This document shows positions 46,702-58,427 of a stretch of 64,000 bases of DNA, one piece after another. The notes below the pieces were generated by a model. The model had not been told where the DNA came from. It made no database searches and was given only the letters and a program-made list of their open reading frames with translations. Within the stretch, counting starts at the first letter, position 1. Every line of letters begins with the position of its first letter. A program made the translations under genes and the position numbers. The stretch comes from Schizosaccharomyces osmophilus (lineage: Eukaryota), in contig NC_079238.1 in NCBI RefSeq assembly GCF_027921745.1, positions 1,798,001-1,862,000 on the forward strand, written 5' to 3'.

Positions 46702-47452
46702 TTACAAAGATCGGTGTTTGTATAAATATGTAGACCAAAATTGGGTATATATGAAACAATTAAAGTAGAGACTTCTACATTTAATTTCTAAGTTTATGGA
46801 TCTTGGCCATTGCTCTTTATTAAACCAGTAGCGAATTGATATTTAATTGCTTGAAATATTACTAGCAAGCAGGAAAATAGTTCATAAGTTTGGTAAAAAC
46901 GTATTAAATAAAGTGTTATTAGGAGTCATAATCTGGTCTTTAACTTGAGAATTGTTGAAAGAGGTTTATAATTTGGAATAAATATCGGTTTATACTTGAT
47001 TTTGGTGTAAACAGAAAATATATCGTTATAGAGGATAAAATGTATTTGTTTGTTCTTTATGTTGGTTGTAGAGATCTTCGCTGTATTGTGTGAAATAAAT
47101 TAAGCTAAATTGAAAGACAAAATTGAGCAGAGCTTAACAGCAATTGGGATTTCAAGATAATTTACTAAAAAATGGTGTAATCATAGTGATATTAATTACT
47201 TTTAAAAAGTTTACTACCGGCAATGCAGTACTAGTTCAATAAACCGTCTTAGCATCAACAGTAAACGAAGCTATGAATGAACAACGCCATTAGAAAGTTA
47301 CATGAACAGGTTTTCAAAAAATAAAATAAAATAAATAAACAAAAAAGTTCCTAGTATTTGTTGTACGTTCATTCTGTTAACAAAATACTACAATTGCATT
47401 ACTGTGTTTTTATTACATCTTGGGCCACGATGGCCGTGTGGTAAAAACGAAT

Positions 47453-47525
47453 TGACCCCGCCAGGAGTCGAACCTGGAATCTCCTGATCCGTAGTCAGGC
47501 GCCTTGACCATTGGGCCACGAGGCC
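47453..47525 (-). tRNA. tRNA-Arg(ACG)
   Basis: GGCCTCGTGGCCCAATGG..CT ACG GA..GGTTCGACTCC..GGGGTCA; T5 terminator downstream. Confidence 0.96.
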
Positions 47526-48160
47526 TCTTGATAGATTACTTGTCTACCTAAATATTTTTCATGCTTTTGTTGAATGTTTGTAACGTTTACTACATACTAC
47601 ATACTACATACTACATAGTATGATTGTCATGTCCCATGTCCAACCAAGCATCCGCTCGTTTCCCTGACAAGCTAGTTATTAATATATATATATTCATATC
47701 TCCTACTTTTCTCTGCTATCAATTCCTTCCCCCATATTGAGCTATTGTTGTTACAAGCGATTAATTATATATATATATATATATTTGCTGAGAATTTGGT
47801 TTTTTTTTTTTCATTTGGCTAATTTAGCTCGCTTTAGCATTACTGATTGTTTTCGTTCGACGAATGTGTAGTTTGCAGTTACTACTATGAATTTATCGTT
47901 TATTTTTTATGCTAAAATTTATAAAATCATATGCAGAGTGTTTTATTTTAATCTCTTTCTTTCGCTTTGCTTTGCATTGCTGACAGACATCCATACTTGC
48001 ATGCATGTATATTAGATATAGATATAAATATAGAATATGTATATAAATATAGAATATGTATATGTATATGTATATGTTTATGTATGTGTATGTGCAGAAA
48101 AGTAACACAGTTATTAAAGAACAGATTAGATTACACTAACATAAAGTGCTTGTAACAAAT

Positions 48161-48234
48161 GGTCGCATGATGTAGTTGGTTATCATGTCGATCTAATAAG
48201 TCGAATGTCGCCAGTTCGAGCCTGGCTGTGACCA
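48161..48234 (+). tRNA. tRNA-Ile(AAT)
   Basis: GGTCGCATGATGTAGTTGG..CT AAT AA..AGTTCGAGCCT..GTGACCA. Confidence 0.96.
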
Positions 48235-48540
48235 TTAATTTTTTCGTTTCTTTTTATTTTTTTATTTATTTTTTTTTATTTTTTTTTTTTAAAATCCATT
48301 TCATTTGGTCTTTGATTGAATTATTTGTTGATCTTTTGTAGATCTTTTGTTGAAGCAATGTCTTTTTATTGCATAGTGCCAACATAGTGTAAAACACCCT
48401 GTATGATCAACCCAGTGAGCGCAATATATAAAATTTATAACAAACCAAAATTGTAACACTGGAACAAGAGCAAAAAAAAGCAAAATAGTGAAACAATGAA
48501 ATAACGACAAAACGGAAAAAAAAGAAAAATAAGAAAAACT

Positions 48541-48614
48541 TGGACAAGCCAGAACTCGAATCTGGGACCTCTTCCATGCTAAGGAAGCGTGATAACCATC
48601 TACACCACATGCCC
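48541..48614 (-). tRNA. tRNA-Ala(AGC)
   Basis: GGGCATGTGGTGTAGATGG..TT AGC AT..GATTCGAGTTC..TTGTCCA. Confidence 0.96.
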
Positions 48615-49167
48615 TTGGTTGATAACATTAGGATAAATAAAATATATTAAAGCAAGTAAAATAAAGAATGAAGTTTTATCACTTGTTCCTTTGCAAAGTA
48701 CTCATACGTATATTCAATTCATTCATCTTTCTATATCATATTATATGTATTGGTTCTCACACGATACGCAGAAGCAGAAACAAAAAAGTATTGCATTATT
48801 GTTATTGCCATCGTTATTAGCTGTTTAGTTATTTATTTTGAAATTGAAATTGAAATTGACATTGACATTGAAATTGAACTGAATTTTGATTGTTGATTGT
48901 TAAATGTTGAATACTGAATATTGAATATTGAATATTGAGAACGGCCTAGCAAAGAAATAATATTAATAGAAAAGCAACGAAATTAATACATTGTATTCGT
49001 ACATAGGTAATGAACAAACACTGATTGAGACAATCAGAGAAATACATAACCACAGAAACTGCTTCAGTATGAGTGTCTGTCTCCTTTGCCTTTGCAGGAA
49101 ACCTTGGGAGCGAAATGCCCTTACTATCTAAGTTGTAAACGTAAAGAACAGGAAGTCCTTCAACGAA

Positions 49168-49250
49168 GGCCGTGTGGTTTAGATGGTTATAATTTCTGCT
49201 TAACATTCAATGTTCGCAGACGGTCCCAAGTTCGAGTCTTGGCACGGTCA
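49168..49250 (+). tRNA. tRNA-Val(AAC), about 9-nt intron
   Basis: GGCCGTGTGGTTTAGATGG..TCTGC TT AAC A[TTCAATGTT]C GCAGA..AGTTCGAGTCT..CACGGTCA. Confidence 0.95.
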
Positions 49251-49607
49251 TAGCCTTCACTTTTTTCAACTTTTCTTTTTTTTTAGAACCATCCAATGGA
49301 TGATGAATGTTTATTTTTTTTTCTACATCTATGCTATTATCCTATTCATTGTTGATGGTTTCATTTAGTTTGCTTAGTGTCAGTTTACTAGCAATTTTTT
49401 GTCTCATTTCACCTGATAGCATGCATCATCATCATCTACTTGCACTTAATGAATATGACTCTGAGTGAACAGTCAAATATGAAGAAAACCATGTACAAAG
49501 CAGTATTAGAAACGCAAAATCGAATGGCGTTCTCAACTGCAAGGAAGAACCCGAGTATGAGGAAAAAACGAAATACCAAAAAATAATAAACGCAAAAAGT
49601 TTAGTCA

Positions 49608-49678
49608 CTCTCCCTCCGGGATTCGAACCCGGGCTGCCAGCGTGACAGGCTGGTGTACTACCCCTATACTAAGGAAGA
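49608..49678 (-). tRNA. tRNA-Asp(GTC)
   Basis: TCTTCCTTAGTATAGGGG..CT GTC AC..GGTTCGAATCC..GGGAGAG. Confidence 0.96.
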
Positions 49679-50539
49679 TTTGTTAGAAGAACTTGCGTTA
49701 TAATGTTATATCTATATCCTTTTTTGTCATAACTATTAAATAATCAATTTGCAAAAACGGTGTAGAACCTTGGTAGCTTGTTAATGATCTTGTAAATTCA
49801 CATTGCCATCGAAGCGCTATTTTATAAAATAATGTTAGACAGTTCCAATAGCAGAGTATGTATTTTTATTGTAATCTTGTCAATTCATTTCGGTGCAGTA
49901 CATCCTACCCTGAGATCGCCAATCAACAGCGAATCGCATATTCAAACGAGTTCCATCTCGTACATTACTTCAATTACCTTTTCACACCTGCCGTACTGCT
50001 TATTACCTTTAGCAAATACAAATGGGGAGAAAGAAGAGGACAGAGAGCCAGTAATAGAATGACCGTTCACTCATCATTGATTTGATCCATTTAATGTGTT
50101 GTTATAAACATATTTTAGTGTTCTTCTGTGCACTGCGAACAGCTGCAGTGTATTATTACTATATATATTTAAAATAAAATGATACATGTTGCTATACTTC
50201 GATTGTAAGTTTTACAGCACGATATATTATACACCTTAATATAATTAATATTGCTATGTTTACGCACTAAAGCACAAAATATTCTTCGGCTAATTATCGC
50301 AAGAAAAGATTGTTTTTCCTTGTATTTGACTTTTCTTTTAGCTCCTTTGATAGACCAAATCTTTATATGGCTGCCATTATAGTATTAGTTTTTCCTGTCT
50401 ATCCCAAATACAAGAGAAAAGCATTTGAAATGGGAGAAACCCCAGTGTTTCTCAGAGTTGAAATGATACTTTTGTTAAGGAGAGAGCTTTCAGCAATTAA
50501 GATTACTCGCATAAAATATCAAAAAATGTGTTGCAAGGA

Positions 50540-51495
50540 TTGGTACATAATCGGTTTAATGAAGTAAACAAGTTTCTTTAGGCTAACTAAATCTATTATA
50601 TGAATATTCCAGCTTTGTATAGCGGTCAGGTAGAAAGCATTTTATATCAAGGGAGACCATAAGAACGTTAATCCCCATACCCAAAACAATCGTTTATTGA
50701 ATTATTCCAACAAAACATGCAATTTTTTACAGCTGAAGACTGGCTTGCGACACAATATACCACAATCTCACCCACAAATGAGGACGGTCAGAACCAAATT
50801 GATCGTATAGCCATGTCCGTAGCACTACTTTTCTGGACGCTCTCAAAGATAAAGGCAATAGGTGCCGCACTAGAATATTTAGATTATCTATATCCATTGA
50901 TTGGAATATGCAGATATTAAGGATCTGCAACTCACTCAATTACCCGAGAATACATATGAAAAGCGAATAAAGATATAGAAAGTACTTCGAAATTGGAAAC
51001 AATATCTTTATTATTTCAACCGAATGATCAGCTTCCAATCAAAAATTGAAAGAGTGAAAGCTTTTATGTAATAAATGGATCAACTGGAACCGGCATTCGT
51101 AGAACTGTACAAAAAACGAATATAGAAATGAGAAGAAATTACTAAATAAAAATTTCTGTTGCAAATCCGCAGACGGTATTATGCTGCTTTCACATTTACG
51201 ACTTGAATATACTGTATGGATCTTCAAGCATATAACTTTATACTACCATTGCCATTGCCATTGCCATAGGCATTGTCGTTGTCGTTGTATGATAAATAGT
51301 AGTTTTGCTTGTTAAAAAGTGTTTCAATACCAAACAGAAATTATTAAGTGGAGCATTGACAAAAAACAGACCTTGTCTAGAATCAATGGTTTGTTTGCAG
51401 AATTTATGCAAAGCATTGATTGCTAACATACTAGCAGAAGTTGCTTTTAGGTTTGTGGTCCACTGATGTTGACATTTAGGTTGCCTGATAATCAA
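50540..51495 (+). pseudogene. Probable highly decayed Ty3/gypsy (Tf-like) retrotransposon integrase remnant
   Basis: Colinear degenerate motifs across stops and frameshifts: VHNRFNEVNKFL, RETIRTLIPIPKTIV, FFTAEDW, HPQ../DGQ, SATHSIT, KL..RF./GP..FRLPD. Confidence 0.5.
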
Positions 51496-51639
51496 CATGG
51501 AAAGCTTATTTATGAGGAGGCTTTTAGAAATTTCCTATGAATAGCGACATTTTTTTTTCTTTAGCGTAATATGTTTTGCACGTAGATATTTCCGAGACCG
51601 GCTGGGTGATTGTTTATTAATGAAAACCAAGAAAAAATT

Positions 51640-51713
51640 TGGACAAGCCAGAACTCGAATCTGGGACCTCTTCCATGCTAAGGAAGCGTGATAACCATCT
51701 ACACCACATGCCC
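51640..51713 (-). tRNA. tRNA-Ala(AGC), second identical copy
   Basis: Same sequence as 48541-48614. Confidence 0.96.
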
Positions 51714-52274
51714 TATTACAATCATGGTGGTTTTGTATGTATAGATAGATGGTATCAATGTTATCAATTTGCTGCAAATAAAGCGCTGTCTGCCAGTGAA
51801 TGATACCTCTCAAATGCATTCGCTCATGAAAAATGGTTATTACCTCAATATATATATATGTATGTACTGATGTTTGTTATGGTTATTAAAATTTTAAAAT
51901 AATATTGGAGCGAAAAGTTATTCCCTTTACTGACCTGACTCCATACCTGACGAGTAATTAAATAAATTCACAAATTAAAAATCTCGTCTTTACCAAAATA
52001 TCAATCATTTGACGGGAAATCATGCTGATATGCAATTTTCATTATTTTTTTTTAAAAAAAAAAAAAAAAAAATTTCATCATTCTTATGATGAAGGAAGAT
52101 GAACGCCATTTCGTATTACTTTGTTTGGATTCAATTCAATTCAATTCAATTCAATTCAATTCAATTCAATTCAATTCAATTCAATTCAATGACAAACGTA
52201 TGTGTAACACAAACCCCGTATACTATTAAAGTAACTTATGAATAGTATAGATAGCTTAAAAAAGATAGAGAGTT

Positions 52275-52393
52275 GTCTACGGCCATACCTAGGCGAAAAC
52301 ACCAGTTCCCGTCCGATCACTGCAGTTAAGCGTCTGAGGGCCTCGTTAGTACTATGGTTGGAGACAACATGGGAATCCGGGGTGCTGTAGGCT
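52275..52393 (+). rRNA. 5S rRNA
   Basis: GTCTACGGCCATACCTAGGCG..GGTGCTGTAGGCT, 119 nt, fission-yeast type. Confidence 0.98.
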
Positions 52394-54293
52394 CCCTCTC
52401 ACTTTTTTTTTTATTTTATTTTCACGTGAGGAGAGTCAGAAGAGGGGAGGAGAGGGGAAAAATACGGAGGTAAGTTTAAATTTTTTTTTTTTTTGCGCAA
52501 AAGAAGAATGGAAAGCTTGAACGGCTTCCCCCTTTCTCTCCATCATAACTAAAATTCCATAACTTTCCATCTCTTATACACTATATACACTATATACACT
52601 ATATACACTGTACTGTCTTTTCTTCCATAATCCCACATGCCCACATGCTTAAAAGAAAACATAAGGTTCTTAAAATTCGTTATCATGCAAACAATCAATT
52701 AGCTATAGAAATGACTTGACAGGTGGGTAGGTGGGTGGGCTTGATTGTATTGTATTGTATCGTATCGTATCGTATCGTATCGTATCGTATCAAAGTATCG
52801 AGTGCTATCAACTTCACGCCCATGGCCGTGCTACGAACGATTAAATCGAACTTCTAACTATATTTCGGTAAAAAACAAACGAACAGGTCCCACAATAAGT
52901 GCAAAATAACCGAGGTTAGTTACGTTTTTAAAAAGATGAATTTACTACTAAGCATCACTTATAGCGTATACGCTTCAAGGCAATAATAGTAAACGCCATT
53001 TGATTGATTTATTTTATATGTCTACATTTGATCCGAAACAGTCAACAAAATGAATATCGACGATTCATTAGTAGAAGCTAAGCTAAATTTTCTACTACTA
53101 TTATTTATTTGTTTATTTTCTTTTCTTTTCTTTCATGTTTTTAACGTATGACATAACAAAGTTTAAGGAATTGATTCTGCCTCCTCCTCCCCAAATGTTA
53201 TTAGTTTGTAATGCAAGTATTATTAGTTGGGAAGATTGATTGGAAAGTGAACCGGCACAGCATGGTACATATAGAGAATATGACTTGCTGCAACTGATGT
53301 CGGAGACAAAGAAAATATGAGTATATGTGTTTTTGGAGGTTACCATTTGGAAAGGTGTAGTTACAAAAAGCCACTTGCAAGTAAATATAATTTATTCCAT
53401 GAATGTGAGTACTTTTTGAAACGAATTTGAAGTTAGCTACTGATAATACGTGCAGCTTTTGTATAGATTTGAACACTACATTTGCTGGTAGTTAGAGAAG
53501 ATATGTACAATCTAGTGAGCTAGCTACCTTAAAACCAAAAAGGCGATTGACACACAAAACTCGTCTTTACCCCAAAATAACCATCATTTGATGGGAAATC
53601 ATGCTGATATGTATTATGTCTTTCCGGCGTTCATTTTTGCGAGCCAAAAGTTACAGATCAGCCTCATATTACAGGTTTTCGAGTTTCTGTTTTCAATTCA
53701 TGTTGCAATGGAAGGATTTCATTGTAAAGTAGCATTTGGAAAAGATTTCTTTTAGTGATTTTGTCTCATGATACCATTCTTACGAGAAGGGACATTAAGC
53801 TTATTGAGTGCAAGATGGACGACGAGCTAGAATTATGTGATAAACATTGTAAAAACGTAGGAGGAGGATATGAGTTATATAAACAGCCAGCCAAGTATGT
53901 GGATGCTCAAGTGAGTTATTTGTTTCGGTAGAGGTAGAGGTAGAGGTAGCAACAAAAACTTTACCTTAAAAATTATACATAATGTTTATGCTTTTGTAGT
54001 CAATAAATAAAGAAACAAACGTTACCCGATTCAGTGTTCAGCGTAGCGTGCAGTGGTTTCAATCATTAATTTTCATTATTTTTTTTTAAAAAAAAAAAAA
54101 AAAAAATTTCATCATTCTTATGATGAAGGAAGATGAACGCCATTTCGTATTACTTTGTTTGGATTCAATTCAATTCAATTCAATTCAATTCAATTCAATT
54201 CAATTCAATGACAAACGTATGTGTAACACAAACCCCGTATACTATTAAAGTAACTTATGAATAGTATAGATAGCTTAAAAAAGATAGAGAGTT

Positions 54294-54412
54294 GTCTACG
54301 GCCATACCTAGGCGAAAACACCAGTTCCCGTCCGATCACTGCAGTTAAGCGTCTGAGGGCCTCGTTAGTACTATGGTTGGAGACAACATGGGAATCCGGG
54401 GTGCTGTAGGCT
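54294..54412 (+). rRNA. 5S rRNA
   Basis: Identical to the first copy. Confidence 0.98.
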
Positions 54413-56194
54413 CCCTCTCACTTTTTTTTTTATTTTATTTTCACGTGAGGAGAGTCAGAAGAGGGGAGGAGAGGGGAAAAATACGGAGGTAAGTTTAAAT
54501 TTTTTTTTTTTTTGCGCAAAAGAAGAATGGAAAGCTTGAACGGCTTCCCCCTTTCTCTCCATCATAACTAAAATTCCATAACTTTCCATCTCTTATACAC
54601 TATATACACTATATACACTATATACACTGTACTGTCTTTTCTTCCATAATCCCACATGCCCACATGCTTAAAAGAAAACATAAGGTTCTTAAAATTCGTT
54701 ATCATGCAAACAATCAATTAGCTATAGAAATGACTTGACAGGTGGGTAGGTGGGTGGGCTTGATTGTATTGTATTGTATCGTATCGTATCGTATCGTATC
54801 GTATCAAAGTATCGAGTGCTATCAACTTCACGCCCATGGCCGTGCTACGAACGATTAAATCGAACTTCTAACTATATTTCGGTAAAAAACAAACGAACAG
54901 GTCCCACAATAAGTGCAAAATAACCGAGGTTAGTTACGTTTTTAAAAAGATGAATTTACTACTAAGCATCACTTATAGCGTATACGCTTCAAGGCAATAA
55001 TAGTAAACGCCATTTGATTGATTTATTTTATATGTCTACATTTGATCCGAAACAGTCAACAAAATGAATATCGACGATTCATTAGTAGAAGCTAAGCTAA
55101 ATTTTCTACTACTATTATTTATTTGTTTATTTTCTTTTCTTTTCTTTCATGTTTTTAACGTATGACATAACAAAGTTTAAGGAATTGATTCTGCCTCCTC
55201 CTCCCCAAATGTTATTAGTTTGTAATGCAAGTATTATTAGTTGGGAAGATTGATTGGAAAGTGAACCGGCACAGCATGGTACATATAGAGAATATGACTT
55301 GCTGCAACTGATGTCGGAGACAAAGAAAATATGAGTATATGTGTTTTTGGAGGTTACCATTTGGAAAGGTGTAGTTACAAAAAGCCACTTGCAAGTAAAT
55401 ATAATTTATTCCATGAATGTGAGTACTTTTTGAAACGAATTTGAAGTTAGCTACTGATAATACGTGCAGCTTTTGTATAGATTTGAACACTACATTTGCT
55501 GGTAGTTAGAGAAGATATGTACAATCTAGTGAGCTAGCTACCTTAAAACCAAAAAGGCGATTGACACACAAAACTCGTCTTTACCCCAAAATAACCATCA
55601 TTTGATGGGAAATCATGCTGATATGTATTATGTCTTTCCGGCGTTCATTTTTGCGAGCCAAAAGTTACAGATCAGCCTCATATTACAGGTTTTCGAGTTT
55701 CTGTTTTCAATTCATGTTGCAATGGAAGGATTTCATTGTAAAGTAGCATTTGGAAAAGATTTCTTTTAGTGATTTTGTCTCATGATACCATTCTTACGAG
55801 AAGGGACATTAAGCTTATTGAGTGCAAGATGGACGACGAGCTAGAATTATGTGATAAACATTGTAAAAACGTAGGAGGAGGATATGAGTTATATAAACAG
55901 CCAGCCAAGTATGTGGATGCTCAAGTGAGTTATTTGTTTCGGTAGAGGTAGAGGTAGAGGTAGAGGTAGAGGTAGAGGTAGCAACAAAAACTTTACCTTA
56001 AAAATTATACATAATGTTTATGCTTTTGTAGTCAATAAATAAAGAAACAAACGTTACCCGATTCAGTGTTCAGCGTAGCGTGCAGTGGTTTCAATCATTA
56101 ATTTTCATTATTTTTTTTTAAAAAAAAAAAAAAAAAAATTTCATCATTCTTATGATGAAGGAAGATGAACGCCATTTCGTATTACTTTGTTTGG

Positions 56195-56424
56195 ATTCAA
56201 TTCAATTCAATTCAATTCAATTCAATTCAATTCAATTCAATTCAATTCAATTCAATTCAATTCAATTCAATTCAATTCAATTCAATTCAATTCAATTCAA
56301 TTCAATTCAATTCAATTCAATTCAATTCAATTCAATTCAATTCAATTCAATTCAATTCAATTCAATTCAATTCAATTCAATTCAATTCAATTCAATTCAA
56401 TTCAATTCAATTCAATTCAATTCA
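56195..56424 (+). repeat. (ATTCA)46 pentanucleotide microsatellite
   Basis: 230-bp perfect tract; the equivalent tracts have 12 copies (52129-52188) and 9 copies (54163-54207). Confidence 0.97.
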
Positions 56425-56510
56425 ATGACAAACGTATGTGTAACACAAACCCCGTATACTATTAAAGTAACTTATGAATAGTATAGATAGCTTAAAAAAG
56501 ATAGAGAGTT

Positions 56511-56629
56511 GTCTACGGCCATACCTAGGCGAAAACACCAGTTCCCGTCCGATCACTGCAGTTAAGCGTCTGAGGGCCTCGTTAGTACTATGGTTGGAGA
56601 CAACATGGGAATCCGGGGTGCTGTAGGCT
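56511..56629 (+). rRNA. 5S rRNA
   Basis: Identical to the first copy. Confidence 0.98.
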
Positions 56630-56811
56630 CCCTCTCACTTTTTTTTTTTATTTTATTTTCACGTGAGGAGAGTCAGAAGAGGGGAGGAGAGGGGAAAAAT
56701 ACGGAGGTAAGTTTAAATTTTTTTTTTTTTTGCGCAAAAGAAGAATGGAAAGCTTGAACGGCTTCCCCCTTTCTCTCCATCATAACTAAAATTCCATAAC
56801 TTTCCATCTCT

Positions 56812-56901
56812 TATACACTATATACACTATATACACTATATACACTATATACACTATATACACTATATACACTATATACACTATATACACTATATACACT
56901 G
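56812..56901 (+). repeat. (TATACACTA)10 minisatellite
   Basis: 9-mer x10 (last copy variant); 4 copies in units 1 and 2. Confidence 0.95.
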
Positions 56902-58354
56902 TACTGTCTTTTCTTCCATAATCCCACATGCCCACATGCCCACATGCTTAAAAGAAAACATAAGGTTCTTGTAATTCCTTTGAAGTCATTTAATTACAAG
57001 TATCTTTCGTACATCGTTCCAATAACCTATATCTAATTATTTTGTTGATGACTTACTATTCTAAGTTTTCCAATGCAAACAATTTCGGTAATGAGGAGAA
57101 CTACCGACTCCCTTTTTCGGGTTTCATTTTGTATTTTGTATCGACTTTTTACTTAATTTAAAATATTTTAGCAGTATTAACTTTAGTAACCGGTGGATGA
57201 TATATACGATTAAGTCTATAGCCTGTAATGGTCACATCGCTTGTCGATATACCTAGGTACAGACCTTTTTTGATACGTTGTTTCAATGAGTTGAATCAAC
57301 CAACATATACATTGCACTTATTAACCTAAATAGCTTTCACTATAAATGGTCGAGTGAACCAGTTCTAACCAGATCTTGTATTCTTACTGATGATAAATTA
57401 GCCTTTCAAAATTAGCGATTGATTTTCCGTGTTCTTCGGTTTACATTTGCACTTGTCAGTAGCATCCCTGCTTCGAAAACGTTATCACAAATGATGTTCG
57501 CTTAAGAAATCGTTGATGTTTTATGAGTGAACGACGAATGTTATACCTTCCATACTGATGCAAGCATAAATAATGATGCTATTGCCATTTATATAAGGCC
57601 CTGGTAAAATACATTATTATTGTATATTACTTTCGCTTAAGCTTCATCCATAATATCTTTACGTAATGAACATTTGATTTCGAGTGCTGCAAAAAAGGAC
57701 AAGCAAGCAAATACTTGGCTCATAAAGTAACAAAATATAGAGTGCAACCCTCAAAACATCTATCATTGTGTACGATGCAAACAGACGTACAAGTGCTCCA
57801 CTTCTAATGCATAATACTTGTAATTTGGTAGTATATATTCAGTTCTCTACCTCTGATGAGGGAACGAACTTTACAAATAAATGTTCCTGGGGCGTACACA
57901 AAATGATATAAATATTGGCAATAATGATTGGTGTTACCGATCTTGTTTATGATACGCAAAAGATTGGATAAGCTCTTCCAACAAGTAAGAAACTAAAATT
58001 ACTCATTGAATCAATTCAAAAGGTTAAATGTTGTTGCTTTAAACAAACATACTCCGAGTGAGAGCGAAAATGAAAATGTGTTGTAGTGTCCATCTTATTG
58101 TTCGTTTTTTGATTAGTATACATTTTCACCGCTAAGCCAATGGTCATTGTTATATGTATAAAATATAGTACGTTATTATATGTTTTCGTGGATGTACTAA
58201 CAAGTGGACCATCGTTCTCTGTTTAGCGTATAAATCGCCGTTTACTTTCAACAATAACAGACAAAACAACAATTTATTTTTCGGGACAAGAAATAATGAA
58301 AGGTAAAGGGCTATTAAGCCTTACATTGACATCAGTGACTGACTGATCATCCAA

Positions 58355-58427
58355 GTCGCAATGGTGTAGTTGGGAGCATGACAGACTGAAGATCTGTTGG
58401 TCACTGGTTCGATCCCGGTTTGTGACA
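58355..58427 (+). tRNA. tRNA-Phe(GAA)
   Basis: GTCGCAATGGTGTAGTTGG..CT GAA GA..GGTTCGATCCC..TGTGACA. Confidence 0.96.

Larger units (their letters stand above)
52034..56970 (+). repeat. Tandem 5S-rDNA-associated centromeric repeat: unit 1 52034-54067, unit 2 54068-56099, partial unit 3 56100-56970
   Basis: Near-identical ~2.03-kb direct repeats, each starting with T9A19, (ATTCA)n and a 5S gene, followed by several microsatellites. Confidence 0.97.

Noticed and set aside
49608..49678. tRNA-Asp (with C38) in the same window as its modifying enzyme Pmt1
   Set aside because: They are 30 kb apart and tRNA-Asp is a routine centromeric tDNA; no evidence of functional clustering.
56152..56481. (IQFNS)n repeat ORFs in three frames; superficially array-like
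   Set aside because: Translation of a stop-free pentanucleotide microsatellite. There are no spacers, so it is not CRISPR-like, and it is not a protein gene.
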